DNA of 64,000 nucleotides, taken from a virus. Position 1 is the first letter of the stretch; each line of letters opens with the position of its first letter. The position numbers were made by a program, and so were the translations under genes. Location of the stretch: IMG/VR virus record IMGVR_UViG_3300025660_000003, positions 64,001 through 128,000 of that record. One strand, written 5' to 3'. Below, piece after piece: positions 38,407 through 47,580 of the stretch. The notes beneath the pieces were generated by a model, which did not search any database, was not told the origin of the DNA, and worked only from the letters and a program-made list of their open reading frames with translations.

Positions 38407-38828
38407 TGGACCTCGACGCACAAGTAGCCTTTGCCGACGCCGTGCGGGCGCTCTTCGAGGGCGTGCCGAACAACGAGGGCAAGGAGCCCGAGATCATCGC
38501 CCTGATGGACAAACACCTCGGAGGCCGCATCAAGGCCGCCGGGCTCATCGACGACCTCTGGCCGTTCCTCGGCATCGTCAACGACTACGAGAGCCTGCGG
38601 ACGCGAGCCCACGTCGAGGAGATGGAGGCCCGGCAGGTGGAGTGGCAGGCCGAAGTCGCCGCCCGCAAGGGTGAGGTGGACCCCCTGGAGGACGCCTTCC
38701 GAACGGGCTGGCAGCGTGGCCGGACCTACGCCAGGGACCAGGACGGTGACGCCGAGGACGACGAGTGGTCCGCGATGGAGCTGGACGGCCACGTCCTCGA
38801 ATGGAAGGCAGGAGAGCAGGGCGACTGA
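38406..38828 (+). CDS. Hypothetical protein, 140 aa
   Basis: TGATG coupling; codon bias. Confidence 0.65.
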   Translation: MDLDAQVAFADAVRALFEGVPNNEGKEPEIIALMDKHLGGRIKAAGLIDDLWPFLGIVNDYESLRTRAHVEEMEARQVEWQAEVAARKGEVDPLEDAFRTGWQRGRTYARDQDGDAEDDEWSAMELDGHVLEWKAGEQGD

Positions 38829-38830
38829 TG

Positions 38831-38845
38831 CGGTAGCGTGCCTAT
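38831..38845 (+). promoter_or_regulatory. Putative late promoter CGGT-N5-GCCTAT
   Basis: cggt agcgt gcctat upstream of the PG-binding protein gene. Confidence 0.55.
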
Positions 38846-38868
38846 GAACCCGAAGGGGTGGAGGCACG

Positions 38869-39615
38869 ATGCACCGGATTCGCCTGACCACGCACCACGG
38901 CCTGATCGTCGCCCCCGACGTTGCAGACGCCATGCGTGCGCTGGAAGTGGCAGCCAGCAACAACGGCAAGTGGCGAGTCCGCTTCACCGCCCCCGACCCC
39001 CAGCCCTACAGCCCCACCTCCCTCCTCCCCGCTGGCCGTGAGGTCACCTTCGTCTTCGAGAAGGACGGCGTAGACCCGCTGGCGGCTCTGCACGCGGCCT
39101 GGGGTGCGGCCATCCCGCTGGGGTTCACCCCCCGGCTCCGCGACCCCCTCATCGAGCCCGGCTGCACGGTCTTCAGATTCTTCGGTCCCTGGCAGTCCCT
39201 CTACGGGAAGCTCCTGGCCGAAGGTCGTGGGCACCTGGCATGGCCATCCGTCTGTGCGGCTGCACAGGTGGACGTGGGCGAGTGGAAGGGCGACAAGGAG
39301 GAGCCCCGCTTCGTCCAGGCCCAGCTCCACCGCATCGGCAGGAACCCCGGCCCCATCGACGGCATCATCGGTCAGCGGACGGCGGCGGCCATCGAGAGCC
39401 TGACCGTGCCCCGTGGGTCGCTGACCATCGTGGCGGACCACCTGCGGACGGCCGAGGGCCACAAGAATCTGGACAAGGTGACGCGGGGTCACCTGCACAT
39501 CCCCGGACAGCAGCTCGTGGTCGAAGGCTACGGAGGGGTCAAGGCATGGCCGATGGACAACGGGGCGGGCTTCGAGGTGACCGGACCGGGTCGCATCGTG
39601 GTGGACGTGCGCTGA
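38869..39615 (+). CDS. Peptidoglycan-binding-domain protein (endolysin-like, catalytic residues apparently lost)
   Basis: VQAQLHRIGRNPGPIDGIIGQRTAAAI matches PG_binding_1. Confidence 0.6.
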   Translation: MHRIRLTTHHGLIVAPDVADAMRALEVAASNNGKWRVRFTAPDPQPYSPTSLLPAGREVTFVFEKDGVDPLAALHAAWGAAIPLGFTPRLRDPLIEPGCTVFRFFGPWQSLYGKLLAEGRGHLAWPSVCAAAQVDVGEWKGDKEEPRFVQAQLHRIGRNPGPIDGIIGQRTAAAIESLTVPRGSLTIVADHLRTAEGHKNLDKVTRGHLHIPGQQLVVEGYGGVKAWPMDNGAGFEVTGPGRIVVDVR

Positions 39616-40181
39616 TGCGGAAGCTCAAGACCAGCTCCAGAGCTGAGAACGCTCTGATGGAAGGGGTCGGCAAGGCCCTGGACTCCAAGCTCACCGACAT
39701 CGGCCATGCGGCTGTGCGGGAGATCGTCACGCAGGGCAACCACCTGTCGGTCAACCCCAAGCACCTGCCCTACGTCTTCTGGGCCCTGGCCAACAACGCG
39801 GGGCTCCCCCGGCTCGGGCAGAAGGAGCAGAAGGCGTTCGACTTGATGATCAGCATCATGGCCCGCACTGGGACGATGCCGCCGTACCAGGGCAGCTTCC
39901 AGCCTGGCTCCGATGACGCCACGGACTCCGCTATCGACGCCACCGCTACCTACATGGGCCGCTGGGCCATGCGAACCATGTTCCCCGCGCTCCTGACGGC
40001 CTACAAGGCAGCTCTCACCTCGCAGGTGCGGGACGTGCCCAGGGCCACGAACGGCCAGGTGTCGCAGGCCAAAGCCTTCGACTTCCTGCGCTTCGCCTTC
40101 CGCTCGACCGTGGACATCTCATCGAGCATGTTCCGCGATGGCGAGCTGCTGCGTAGGGTCGTCCGCGTTCTCCCGATCTAG
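39615..40181 (+). CDS. Hypothetical protein, 188 aa
   Basis: TGATG coupling; codon bias. Confidence 0.65.
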   Translation: MRKLKTSSRAENALMEGVGKALDSKLTDIGHAAVREIVTQGNHLSVNPKHLPYVFWALANNAGLPRLGQKEQKAFDLMISIMARTGTMPPYQGSFQPGSDDATDSAIDATATYMGRWAMRTMFPALLTAYKAALTSQVRDVPRATNGQVSQAKAFDFLRFAFRSTVDISSSMFRDGELLRRVVRVLPI

Positions 40182-40235
40182 GGGACTCATCGTCAGCTTG
40201 ATCGGGTAGTCCGGGGGCATCCCTGCGGAGACGGC

Positions 40236-41852
40236 ATGGCAGACGATCGAGTAGCGCGAGTCGCGGCAAAGCTGAAGGCCATCCGATCGCGGGAGGACCT
40301 GAAGCTCAAGCCGACGCCCCACCTCAAGACGACCTTCACGGACTTCTCCGGCAACGAGAAGGAGCTGAAGATCCGCTACTACCAGGTGCAGGGAATCCTC
40401 CACCTGATCTTTATGAAGCGGTTCCTGCTGGGCGATGACACCGGCCTCGGCAAGACGCTGGAGAGCATCGCAGCCCTTTGCTACATCTGGGAGAAGGACC
40501 CGGGCCGCAAGGTCATCGTCCTGACCACGAAGTCGGCAACCCCACAGTGGGCCAAGGAGTTCGCGAAGTTCACCAAGGGCGTCCGGGTCATCATCGCCTC
40601 TGGCACTCGCAAGCACCGCGAAGCGGCCTACGCGACGTGGCGGAAGGGCTCGATGCCGACCGTCATGGTCATGGGCTACCGCTCTGCCGTGAACGACATT
40701 CGCAAGCTCCAGAGGGACGAGGGCTACATCCTCATCTGCGACGAGGCGACGGCGTTCAAGAACCCGAAGACCCAGGTGCATCAGGCCATCCGGCACATGA
40801 GCGAGATGGCGGACCGGACGTGGGCTCTGACGGCCACCCTCATCAAGAATCACCTGATGGAAGGCCACGGCATCTACCAGGTCGTCGTCCCCGGCCTGTT
40901 CGGGACGGCCAACAACTTCATGTACTACTACTGCATCGTCGAGATGATGCAGATCGGCAGGGGTCGCAAGGTCCCCCGCGTCGTCGGCTACTACCCCGAG
41001 AAGGTGGCCGAGTTCCGCAAGCACATCGAGCCGTACTACTACGGACGCCCCAAGCACGAAGTCGCCAAGGAGCTGCCCACCCTGACCCGTGAGCTGTTCG
41101 AGGTCAGCCTCACACCGGCCCAGGAGAGCAAGTACAACGAGGCCCTGACCGGGTTCCTTGAAGTGGGGGAGAAGCGAGCAGAGGGGCCGGAGGAGAAGGA
41201 GGTCACCAAGCTCACGGCGATCTCCTACTGCCAGCAGATCGTCAACCACCCGTCGCTCATCGAGTGCCCCGGCGGCTCCGGCAAGCTGGAAGCCCTGCTG
41301 GAGATGCTGACAGAGGGGGACCTGGCGGGCGAGAAGGTCATCATCTTCAGCCGGTTCAAGAAGATGGTGAACCTGCTGATGCCCGCCCTGAAGGCCAAGA
41401 AGATCATCGCGGTCAGGGTCACCGGGGACGAGAACGAGAATCAGCGGCAGGCGGCACAGGACGCCTTCCAGAACCCGGAGGACGACACACGGGTCATCTG
41501 CATCACGTCGGCAGGTGGGGAGGCCATCAACCTCCAGGCGGCGAAGGCCATCATCTTCTTCGACACCCCATGGTCGGCGGGCGAGTACCTCCAGATCCTC
41601 GGTCGGATGATCCGCATCGGGTCAGCGCACGCGGCGGTCCTGGCCATCCACCTGGTCACCAAGCTCAAGACCGGCAAGCCCACCATCGACCAGCGGGTCA
41701 TGGACGTGATCGGCAGCAAGATGAAGCTCATCGAGGCGGTCCTTGGGGAACGCCTCAAGGGTACTGAGAAGGTGAAGGGCAAGAAGATCGAGGTCCGCAG
41801 CGAGATCAACGACATCTTCGATGCCTTGCGGGAGGATGCGAAGCCCAAATGA
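40236..41852 (+). CDS. SNF2-family (SF2) helicase
   Basis: GDDTGLGKT, ICDEAT, LTATLIKN, KVIIFSRF, GGEAINLQAA, FFDTPW, QILGRMIRIG motifs. Confidence 0.9.
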   Translation: MADDRVARVAAKLKAIRSREDLKLKPTPHLKTTFTDFSGNEKELKIRYYQVQGILHLIFMKRFLLGDDTGLGKTLESIAALCYIWEKDPGRKVIVLTTKSATPQWAKEFAKFTKGVRVIIASGTRKHREAAYATWRKGSMPTVMVMGYRSAVNDIRKLQRDEGYILICDEATAFKNPKTQVHQAIRHMSEMADRTWALTATLIKNHLMEGHGIYQVVVPGLFGTANNFMYYYCIVEMMQIGRGRKVPRVVGYYPEKVAEFRKHIEPYYYGRPKHEVAKELPTLTRELFEVSLTPAQESKYNEALTGFLEVGEKRAEGPEEKEVTKLTAISYCQQIVNHPSLIECPGGSGKLEALLEMLTEGDLAGEKVIIFSRFKKMVNLLMPALKAKKIIAVRVTGDENENQRQAAQDAFQNPEDDTRVICITSAGGEAINLQAAKAIIFFDTPWSAGEYLQILGRMIRIGSAHAAVLAIHLVTKLKTGKPTIDQRVMDVIGSKMKLIEAVLGERLKGTEKVKGKKIEVRSEINDIFDALREDAKPK

Positions 41853-43084
41853 GCAACAAGAAGGACAACCGCCCGGACATCAACCAGGACCACCCCCTGC
41901 TTGACTTCCCCCAGGGCAACGGCGACCCCGATTGCCCCAACTGCAAGGGCCGGGGCGTCGTCCCGGTCATGGTGGACCTCGGCGGCGGGAAGATGTGGCC
42001 CGGCGGTGGCACGCAGAACTGCGACTGCATGTTCAAGCGGGACCTCATCGCCAACGTCAAGCGGGTCTGGAAGGTGCTGCTCAACGTCGAGTCGGCGGAG
42101 GAGTCCGAACTGCTCGGCATGACCAACCAGAACCTCTGGATCACGGCGTCGAACTACGACATCCGGCGGCACCTCCGCTACGTCGCCTTCCGCATGGGAA
42201 CCCGGTGGGACGCACGGGTCATCGCTGATGCCACCCTGGTCACCGCATGGCTCTCCAGCGTCAAGGACGTGTACGACGCCGACGTGCTGCTCGAACGCGA
42301 CGGGTTCAACCGGGAGCGGCCATCGGAGCACTACTTCACCCTGGTCGATCTGGCCGTGCCCTTCGACCTGCTCATCATCCGTCTGGGCGTGAAGGCAGCG
42401 AAGAATCGCGAGATGCCGAACGTGCTGGCAGAGGCCGTCAACGAGCGGGAGCAGCAGGGCAAGCCGACGTGGATCGTGGACTCCCCCATCAAGCCGCTGG
42501 CTCCGGGGCACATTTGCTACAACGATGCCGTCGTGGAGATGCTCGATGGCTTTCGCCGGGTCATCCTCTCGGACGGGGTACACGTCCCCGCTGGCGTGAA
42601 GACAGCAGCACAGCAGTACAAGGCCCCCAGGACCGCCAGAGCGACCGCAGGGGCGGCTAGTGCGGCTCCTGCCTCGCCGTACACCCGCCGCAAGGCAGGG
42701 ATGGCCCAGGCGGCTCCTACGACCGCTCCGGCAACCCCACCACCGGAGCCAGTGGGCAACATGCCGATGGACGACTACGAGGGGGACCCCTCAGAGGTCT
42801 CGCTGGCGGACGATGACGAGTTCAGCGTGGACTCCCTGCTATCAGACGCCCACACCCCGCACCTCACGGATGGCGGTGAGGGCTTGCTGCCAGAGGATGA
42901 GGTCAACGTGGAGGAGCTGTTGTCGGACTTCCCGACCGCTGGTGAGCTGGGCGGCAACGCGAGGGAGCTGCCCTCGTTCCTGCGTGGTCCGCTGACGAAG
43001 GAGGACCGACAGGCCAAGGAGAAGGCGGCGAAGCGGCAGAAGCGGCGGGACAAGAAGTTCGGCCCGAAGGGGGGTGGACGATGA
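41849..43084 (+). CDS. DnaC/IstB-like helicase-loader homolog with Zn finger and degenerate ATPase motifs
   Basis: CPNCKGRG...CDC, FDLLIIRLG, EREQQGKPTWI; immediately upstream of DnaB; long acidic tail. Confidence 0.55.
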   Translation: MSNKKDNRPDINQDHPLLDFPQGNGDPDCPNCKGRGVVPVMVDLGGGKMWPGGGTQNCDCMFKRDLIANVKRVWKVLLNVESAEESELLGMTNQNLWITASNYDIRRHLRYVAFRMGTRWDARVIADATLVTAWLSSVKDVYDADVLLERDGFNRERPSEHYFTLVDLAVPFDLLIIRLGVKAAKNREMPNVLAEAVNEREQQGKPTWIVDSPIKPLAPGHICYNDAVVEMLDGFRRVILSDGVHVPAGVKTAAQQYKAPRTARATAGAASAAPASPYTRRKAGMAQAAPTTAPATPPPEPVGNMPMDDYEGDPSEVSLADDDEFSVDSLLSDAHTPHLTDGGEGLLPEDEVNVEELLSDFPTAGELGGNARELPSFLRGPLTKEDRQAKEKAAKRQKRRDKKFGPKGGGR

Positions 43085-44637
43085 AGTCCCTACTGCGGTC
43101 CCTGTTCATCGGTGACGCTGGCGACAACGGGCAACTGCTTCTGAACAACTACCAGTTGTTCAACGGGTCGGGGCTTGGGTTCGACGTGCCCGAGTACAAC
43201 GCGATCTGGAAGTACATCCAGGAGTTCGTGCGGACGCACAACCACGTCCCGGCCATCCTGACCATCCGGTCGCACTTCGAGTACAGCAAAGAGGACAGCG
43301 TCCTCGACCAGCTCAAGGCCCTGGAGGGGCTGAAGGCCCGAACGAAGGGTGACTTCCAGGGCGTCCTCGAAGACAGGGCGAACGACCGCCGCCAGCGGTT
43401 GTGGTCGGAGGCTCTCAAGGAGGCGTCGATCATCACCTCGACCGGCATGGAAGTGCAGGAGGGCCGGGAGAAGAAGCTGCTCATCGGGCCGGTGATGTCG
43501 GCCCGGTACCTGATGGACAAGGCCCACGACGTAGTGGCTCCGACCATCGGTGGTCGGCTCTCCGGCGAGGTGACCAAGGACGGGGTGGCGGTCAGGGAGG
43601 AGTACGAGCGGGTGGAGTCTGACCCGCTGGCAGGCATCGGGCAGTTCTCGTTCCTGAAGCAGATGGACGATGCCCTGGGTGGGGCGAAGCGGCATGAGCT
43701 GTGGATTCACGCGGCCTTCACGGGCGGCATGAAGTCCACCCTGATGCTGAACTGGGCCTACAACCAGGCCGTCCTGTACGGCCACAACGCCCTGATCTTC
43801 TCGCTGGAGATGCCGTACAGCCAGTGCCGTCGCATCCTCTACGCCATCCACTCGATTCACCCGAAGTTCCGTGAGATTCGGATGCGGTTGGGGCTCCAGC
43901 AGGACTTGGAGTCGGACGTGGGGCTGGCGTACACGGAGATCCGTGACGGCAAGCTGAGTGGCCCGGCCAAGCGGTTCTACTTCGACTTCGTGATCCCGGA
44001 CTTCAACGGGACCGACGTGGTCAAGCACCCGTACATGGACTGCGACTACGGGAAGATCCACATCGAGGTAGCCGATCCCGACAAGGACGACTTCACGATG
44101 CACGATCTCCGGTCGATGGCCGAGATCATCTACTCCAAGGAACCGTTCTCGATGATCTTCGTGGACCACTGCGGGCTGATGAGCCCCCGGCGGCACCGCA
44201 ACAGCACCACCGAGAACTTGAACGAGGTCATCCGGGACCTCAAGAAGCTGGCCCTGGGGTTCAACCGGGGCATGGGCATCGCCGTCGTGGGCCTCTTCCA
44301 GATCAGCCGCGAGGGGTACAAGAGCGCCCTCAAGGCCAAGGAGAAGACGGGCAAGGCGGGCTACAACCTGACCCACCTGTCCTACGCCAACGAGGCAGAG
44401 CGGTCTGCCGACGTGGTGACGACGACGTGGCTCGACGACGACCTGAAGAACCAGAGCAGGGTGCAGTTGAACTGCCTCAAGTCGCGCGACCAGGCTCCGT
44501 TCGACCCCTTCATCGCGCGGGTAGAGTGGCCCTGTCGTCGCCTGTTCTCCTGCTTCGAGGTGGCACGGACCCCGGAGGAGAACGCCAAGATGGGGGCCGA
44601 GATCGACAAGGCAGGCAAGGAGCTGGACGACGACTGA
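43081..44637 (+). CDS. dnaB: Replicative DnaB-like (SF4) helicase
   Basis: AAFTGGMKST Walker A variant, IFSLEM, IFVDHCGLM, FQISREG, ERSADVV, LKSRD. Confidence 0.85.
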   Translation: MKSLLRSLFIGDAGDNGQLLLNNYQLFNGSGLGFDVPEYNAIWKYIQEFVRTHNHVPAILTIRSHFEYSKEDSVLDQLKALEGLKARTKGDFQGVLEDRANDRRQRLWSEALKEASIITSTGMEVQEGREKKLLIGPVMSARYLMDKAHDVVAPTIGGRLSGEVTKDGVAVREEYERVESDPLAGIGQFSFLKQMDDALGGAKRHELWIHAAFTGGMKSTLMLNWAYNQAVLYGHNALIFSLEMPYSQCRRILYAIHSIHPKFREIRMRLGLQQDLESDVGLAYTEIRDGKLSGPAKRFYFDFVIPDFNGTDVVKHPYMDCDYGKIHIEVADPDKDDFTMHDLRSMAEIIYSKEPFSMIFVDHCGLMSPRRHRNSTTENLNEVIRDLKKLALGFNRGMGIAVVGLFQISREGYKSALKAKEKTGKAGYNLTHLSYANEAERSADVVTTTWLDDDLKNQSRVQLNCLKSRDQAPFDPFIARVEWPCRRLFSCFEVARTPEENAKMGAEIDKAGKELDDD

Positions 44638-45875
44638 TGCCGGCCCTGACCACCATCCACGTCGCCCGTAAGCCCCTCGACGGGACGGTGGCAGAGAACG
44701 CCATCAAGCACGGCACTGGCTCCCTCAACATCAAGGAGACCCGGGTCGGCTACCAAAACGAAGCGGACATGCGCCTGGAGACACGGGGGGTCCATGTCGG
44801 TGGTGCCTATGAACATCCAGAAGGCACTGCGTTCAAGAAGGAAGTCAACCGCGTAGCACCCCCTGATACGGGGGGCCGCTGGCCCGCCAACGTCATCCTC
44901 CAGCACCTGGCCGGCTGTGAGCGGGTGGGTGAGCGGGAAGTGACCTCCGGCAACGGTGCCGACACCATGACCCCCACCACGCACGAGGGGCCGGCGAAGT
45001 TCGGATACAGCCCGGAGCGGCACCAGTTCAACTACGGCAAGGAGACGGTCGATCACTGGGACTGTGCAGACGGCTGCCCTGTGGCCGATGTCGATGAGCA
45101 GAGCGGGGTGTCGAAGGGGACTGGGGGCACTATCTCCGGGCAGACGGCTTTCGGACAGAACCTGGGCTGGAACCCCCACCAGAACCGACCCACACCTATC
45201 GTCCGGCAGAACGACGAAGGCGGGGCCTCTCGATTCTTCAAGCAGGTCACCACAGATGAGGATCTCGACATGCCGGCTTTGAGCACCGTCCACATGGCCA
45301 GGAAGCCCCTCGAAGGGACGGTGGCCGCCAACGCCCTGAAGTACGGCACCGGCTCCCTCAACATCGGGGCGACCCGCATCGGCAGCTCCGGGGGGACCAA
45401 GCGAGTCGGACAGGCCACCACACCGACACCTCAGGGGTGGGCCAACATGGGCGGCCACGACATCGCATCGCTGCCTGATGGCCGCTGGCCGGCGAACGTC
45501 ATCCTCGAACACCTGCCTGACTGCCAGTGCGACGGGACACGGAAGGTGAAGGGCGTCAAGGGTGGGTTCACCCCCGGGAGCACGGGGGCCTTCGGCCACA
45601 ACTCGACCTACGGCCTCGCAGAGGGGGTCGAGGGCGACCCTGCTGAGGGCACCGGGTACACCGACGCAGAGGGCAACGAGGAGATTGACCACTGGGTGTG
45701 TGCCCCTGGCTGCCCCATCGCTGACATCGACGAGCAGAGCGGGGTCACGGTCGCCAAGAAGTCCATGCGTGGAGTGGGCTACTCCGACAGCGATGTCTAC
45801 GGTCAAGGTGACGGGGAGTTCGACACCGTTCGGGGGTTCGACGACCAGGGGGGAGCCTCCCGCTACTTCAAGCAG
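44637..45875 (+). repeat. Tandem ~0.6-kb domain duplication within the methyltransferase
   Basis: Copy 1 from ATG 44637 (MPALTTIHVARKPL), copy 2 from in-frame ATG 45270 (MPALSTVHMARKPL). Confidence 0.85.
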
Positions 45876-46652
45876 TCGCAGTACGACCTGATCGAGTACC
45901 TCCGGGCGATGATCTCGACCCCGACCCACCGGGCCTTCGTCATCGACATGGAGACCTACCCCCTCTGGCCCGGGGACCAGCTTCTCGCGAAGCCGGGCTC
46001 GGTGGTCGGCCTGGTGGTCCGGGGAGCCATCGAGCAGGAGCACGTTGACGAGTTCATGCGCCTCCTGCCTCCCGGCGGCCACGTCCTTCTCATCGCTCCC
46101 GACTCGCAGCCCACCGGACACACGGGGGCGATTCTTCTGGAAGATGGCGGCTTCGAGATCCGGGACGCCATCCTTGTCGTTCGAGGCCCGGGACGAGCGC
46201 ACTACGTCGCGAAGGCCGGGCGAAGGGAGCGGGAGGCCGGCTGCGGGCACCTCAAGGGCAAGGCCGGGCACGAGGCCGTGGAGCGCAAGGAAGGCTCCGC
46301 TGGGGTGGACAACCCCAGGGCAGGAGCTGGGCGGACGGCAGAGCACGTCAAGAACTTCCATCCGACCGTCAAGCCCATCGCGGTGATGGAACGACTGCTC
46401 GCTGATGTCCCCGAGGGTGTGACGGTGCTCGACCCCTTCCTCGGCTCCGGGACGACGGGGATCGCCTGCTCGAAGACCGGACACAGCTTCATCGGCATCG
46501 AGCGGGAGGCGGAGTACCTGGAGATCGCGGACGCCAGGGTGAGGCACTGGGACCGAGCCCACGTCGGCTGGCAGGGGGCGGACATCGAGTCGGACCACAA
46601 GGTGCCGGAGGTCGAAGTGGAGCCGATGGACCTGATGGACCTCTTCGGATGA
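44637..46652 (+). CDS. DNA amino-methyltransferase C-terminal-half protein (duplicated middle domain plus SAM-binding domain), 671 aa
   Basis: Two ARKPL...GTGSLNI...GRWPANVIL...ASR(F/Y)FKQ units, then HPTVKP and VLDPFLGSGTTG...FIGIERE; no DPPY. Confidence 0.8.
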   Translation: MPALTTIHVARKPLDGTVAENAIKHGTGSLNIKETRVGYQNEADMRLETRGVHVGGAYEHPEGTAFKKEVNRVAPPDTGGRWPANVILQHLAGCERVGEREVTSGNGADTMTPTTHEGPAKFGYSPERHQFNYGKETVDHWDCADGCPVADVDEQSGVSKGTGGTISGQTAFGQNLGWNPHQNRPTPIVRQNDEGGASRFFKQVTTDEDLDMPALSTVHMARKPLEGTVAANALKYGTGSLNIGATRIGSSGGTKRVGQATTPTPQGWANMGGHDIASLPDGRWPANVILEHLPDCQCDGTRKVKGVKGGFTPGSTGAFGHNSTYGLAEGVEGDPAEGTGYTDAEGNEEIDHWVCAPGCPIADIDEQSGVTVAKKSMRGVGYSDSDVYGQGDGEFDTVRGFDDQGGASRYFKQSQYDLIEYLRAMISTPTHRAFVIDMETYPLWPGDQLLAKPGSVVGLVVRGAIEQEHVDEFMRLLPPGGHVLLIAPDSQPTGHTGAILLEDGGFEIRDAILVVRGPGRAHYVAKAGRREREAGCGHLKGKAGHEAVERKEGSAGVDNPRAGAGRTAEHVKNFHPTVKPIAVMERLLADVPEGVTVLDPFLGSGTTGIACSKTGHSFIGIEREAEYLEIADARVRHWDRAHVGWQGADIESDHKVPEVEVEPMDLMDLFG

Positions 46653-46658
46653 CAAGGG

Positions 46659-47441
46659 TCAGCGACCCAGGGCCATTCTCACTGATTTCTCGGGGTCGGC
46701 TTTGAAGTCTATTTCCCACACTTCCACTACAGGGACACCTTGAGCAGCGAGGAACGCGAGCTTTCTTTTGTACCTGGAGGCGGTGCGCTTCTGCGAAGAG
46801 TATTTGGGGCCGTTGGGGTAAGCGCGGGGGTCGGCGTGCCAGAAGGTCCCGTTGAACTCCAGGGCGGTGTTGATGATGGGCAGGTAGTAGTCCACCACAG
46901 CCGCGAATCGTCCGTGATCCCCCCTCATCCGATGCTGTGCCTGGTACGTGACGCCGAGCTGGTCGAGAATGGGGGCAACCTGCTGTTCCAGCTTGGACAC
47001 GCGAGGGATGCGGCCCTCGCTGATAGCTCTGGCGACGGACAAGGAGATTTTGGCCTTGGTCTCCTCTGTGTGGGCATAGCGGCCCTCGGCTTTCCTCCGG
47101 GTGTTTTGCCTGATCATCCGCAAACCCTGAGCTTGTCGGGTGGCCTCTGGGACGACATAGGGCTTGGTGACGACTCGCTGCACCAGCCCAGTCGATCGGG
47201 CCTTGTAGGCGCAATCGGGGGAACACAGCAAGACATCGGTCTTCGACCTGGCCACCCGGGATGGCGGGCGGGTCACAGGAACTCCACAGACTCCACACGG
47301 TTCAGTAGATGAGGTGGACTTGTTGGAGGCCCGTAGCGAGTAAGAGCAGGTACGAGAGCAAGTCGTCTGCCGGCCATGTTTGAGGCGGGTAGGGTCGGCT
47401 TCGTAGGGCGTCCCGCAGACGGGACATCGACGTTTAACCAA
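46659..47441 (-). CDS. Free-standing Vsr/DUF559-like (putative homing) endonuclease with Zn fingers and NUMOD3-like motif
   Basis: CPVCG...CSRTC, CGVCG...CSPDC, HTEETKAKIS, SKLEQ, VVDYYLP...LEFNGTFWH; lower GC; start uncertain (TTG 47441 or ATG 47513). Confidence 0.75.
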   Translation of the reverse strand: MVKRRCPVCGTPYEADPTRLKHGRQTTCSRTCSYSLRASNKSTSSTEPCGVCGVPVTRPPSRVARSKTDVLLCSPDCAYKARSTGLVQRVVTKPYVVPEATRQAQGLRMIRQNTRRKAEGRYAHTEETKAKISLSVARAISEGRIPRVSKLEQQVAPILDQLGVTYQAQHRMRGDHGRFAAVVDYYLPIINTALEFNGTFWHADPRAYPNGPKYSSQKRTASRYKRKLAFLAAQGVPVVEVWEIDFKADPEKSVRMALGR

Positions 47442-47451
47442 GGAGCACCCC

Positions 47452-47580
47452 GTGGGTGAAGGAGAACACAGCCGTAGGGCGCAGGTGATCCGGCTCCGAC
47501 TCGGAGATTGCATCAGGGTGCTTCGTCACCTCGATGCAGAGTCGGTTGATGCCGTGGTCACTGATCCGCCCTACGGTTGA
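47452..47580 (+). CDS. DNA methyltransferase N-terminal fragment with catalytic DPPY, 42 aa
   Basis: Not in ORF track; AAGGAG RBS; MGEGEHSRRAQVIRLRLGDCIRVLRHLDAESVDAVVTDPPYG then TGA. Confidence 0.8.
   Translation: MGEGEHSRRAQVIRLRLGDCIRVLRHLDAESVDAVVTDPPYG

Noticed and set aside
44427-44636. N-terminal extension of the methyltransferase ORF given in the ORF track
   Set aside because: Overlaps dnaB; ATG 44637 is coupled to the dnaB stop and matches the start of the duplicated unit. Starts of several other genes were trimmed for the same reason
44637-45875. Duplication as a DGR template/variable repeat pair
   Set aside because: Differences are not adenine-specific, both copies are in-frame coding, and no reverse transcriptase is present in the window
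47578-47580. Genome-wide stop-codon reassignment or TGA readthrough
   Set aside because: Other genes are uninterrupted and end normally in TGA/TAG, and in-frame readthrough here gives non-homologous sequence
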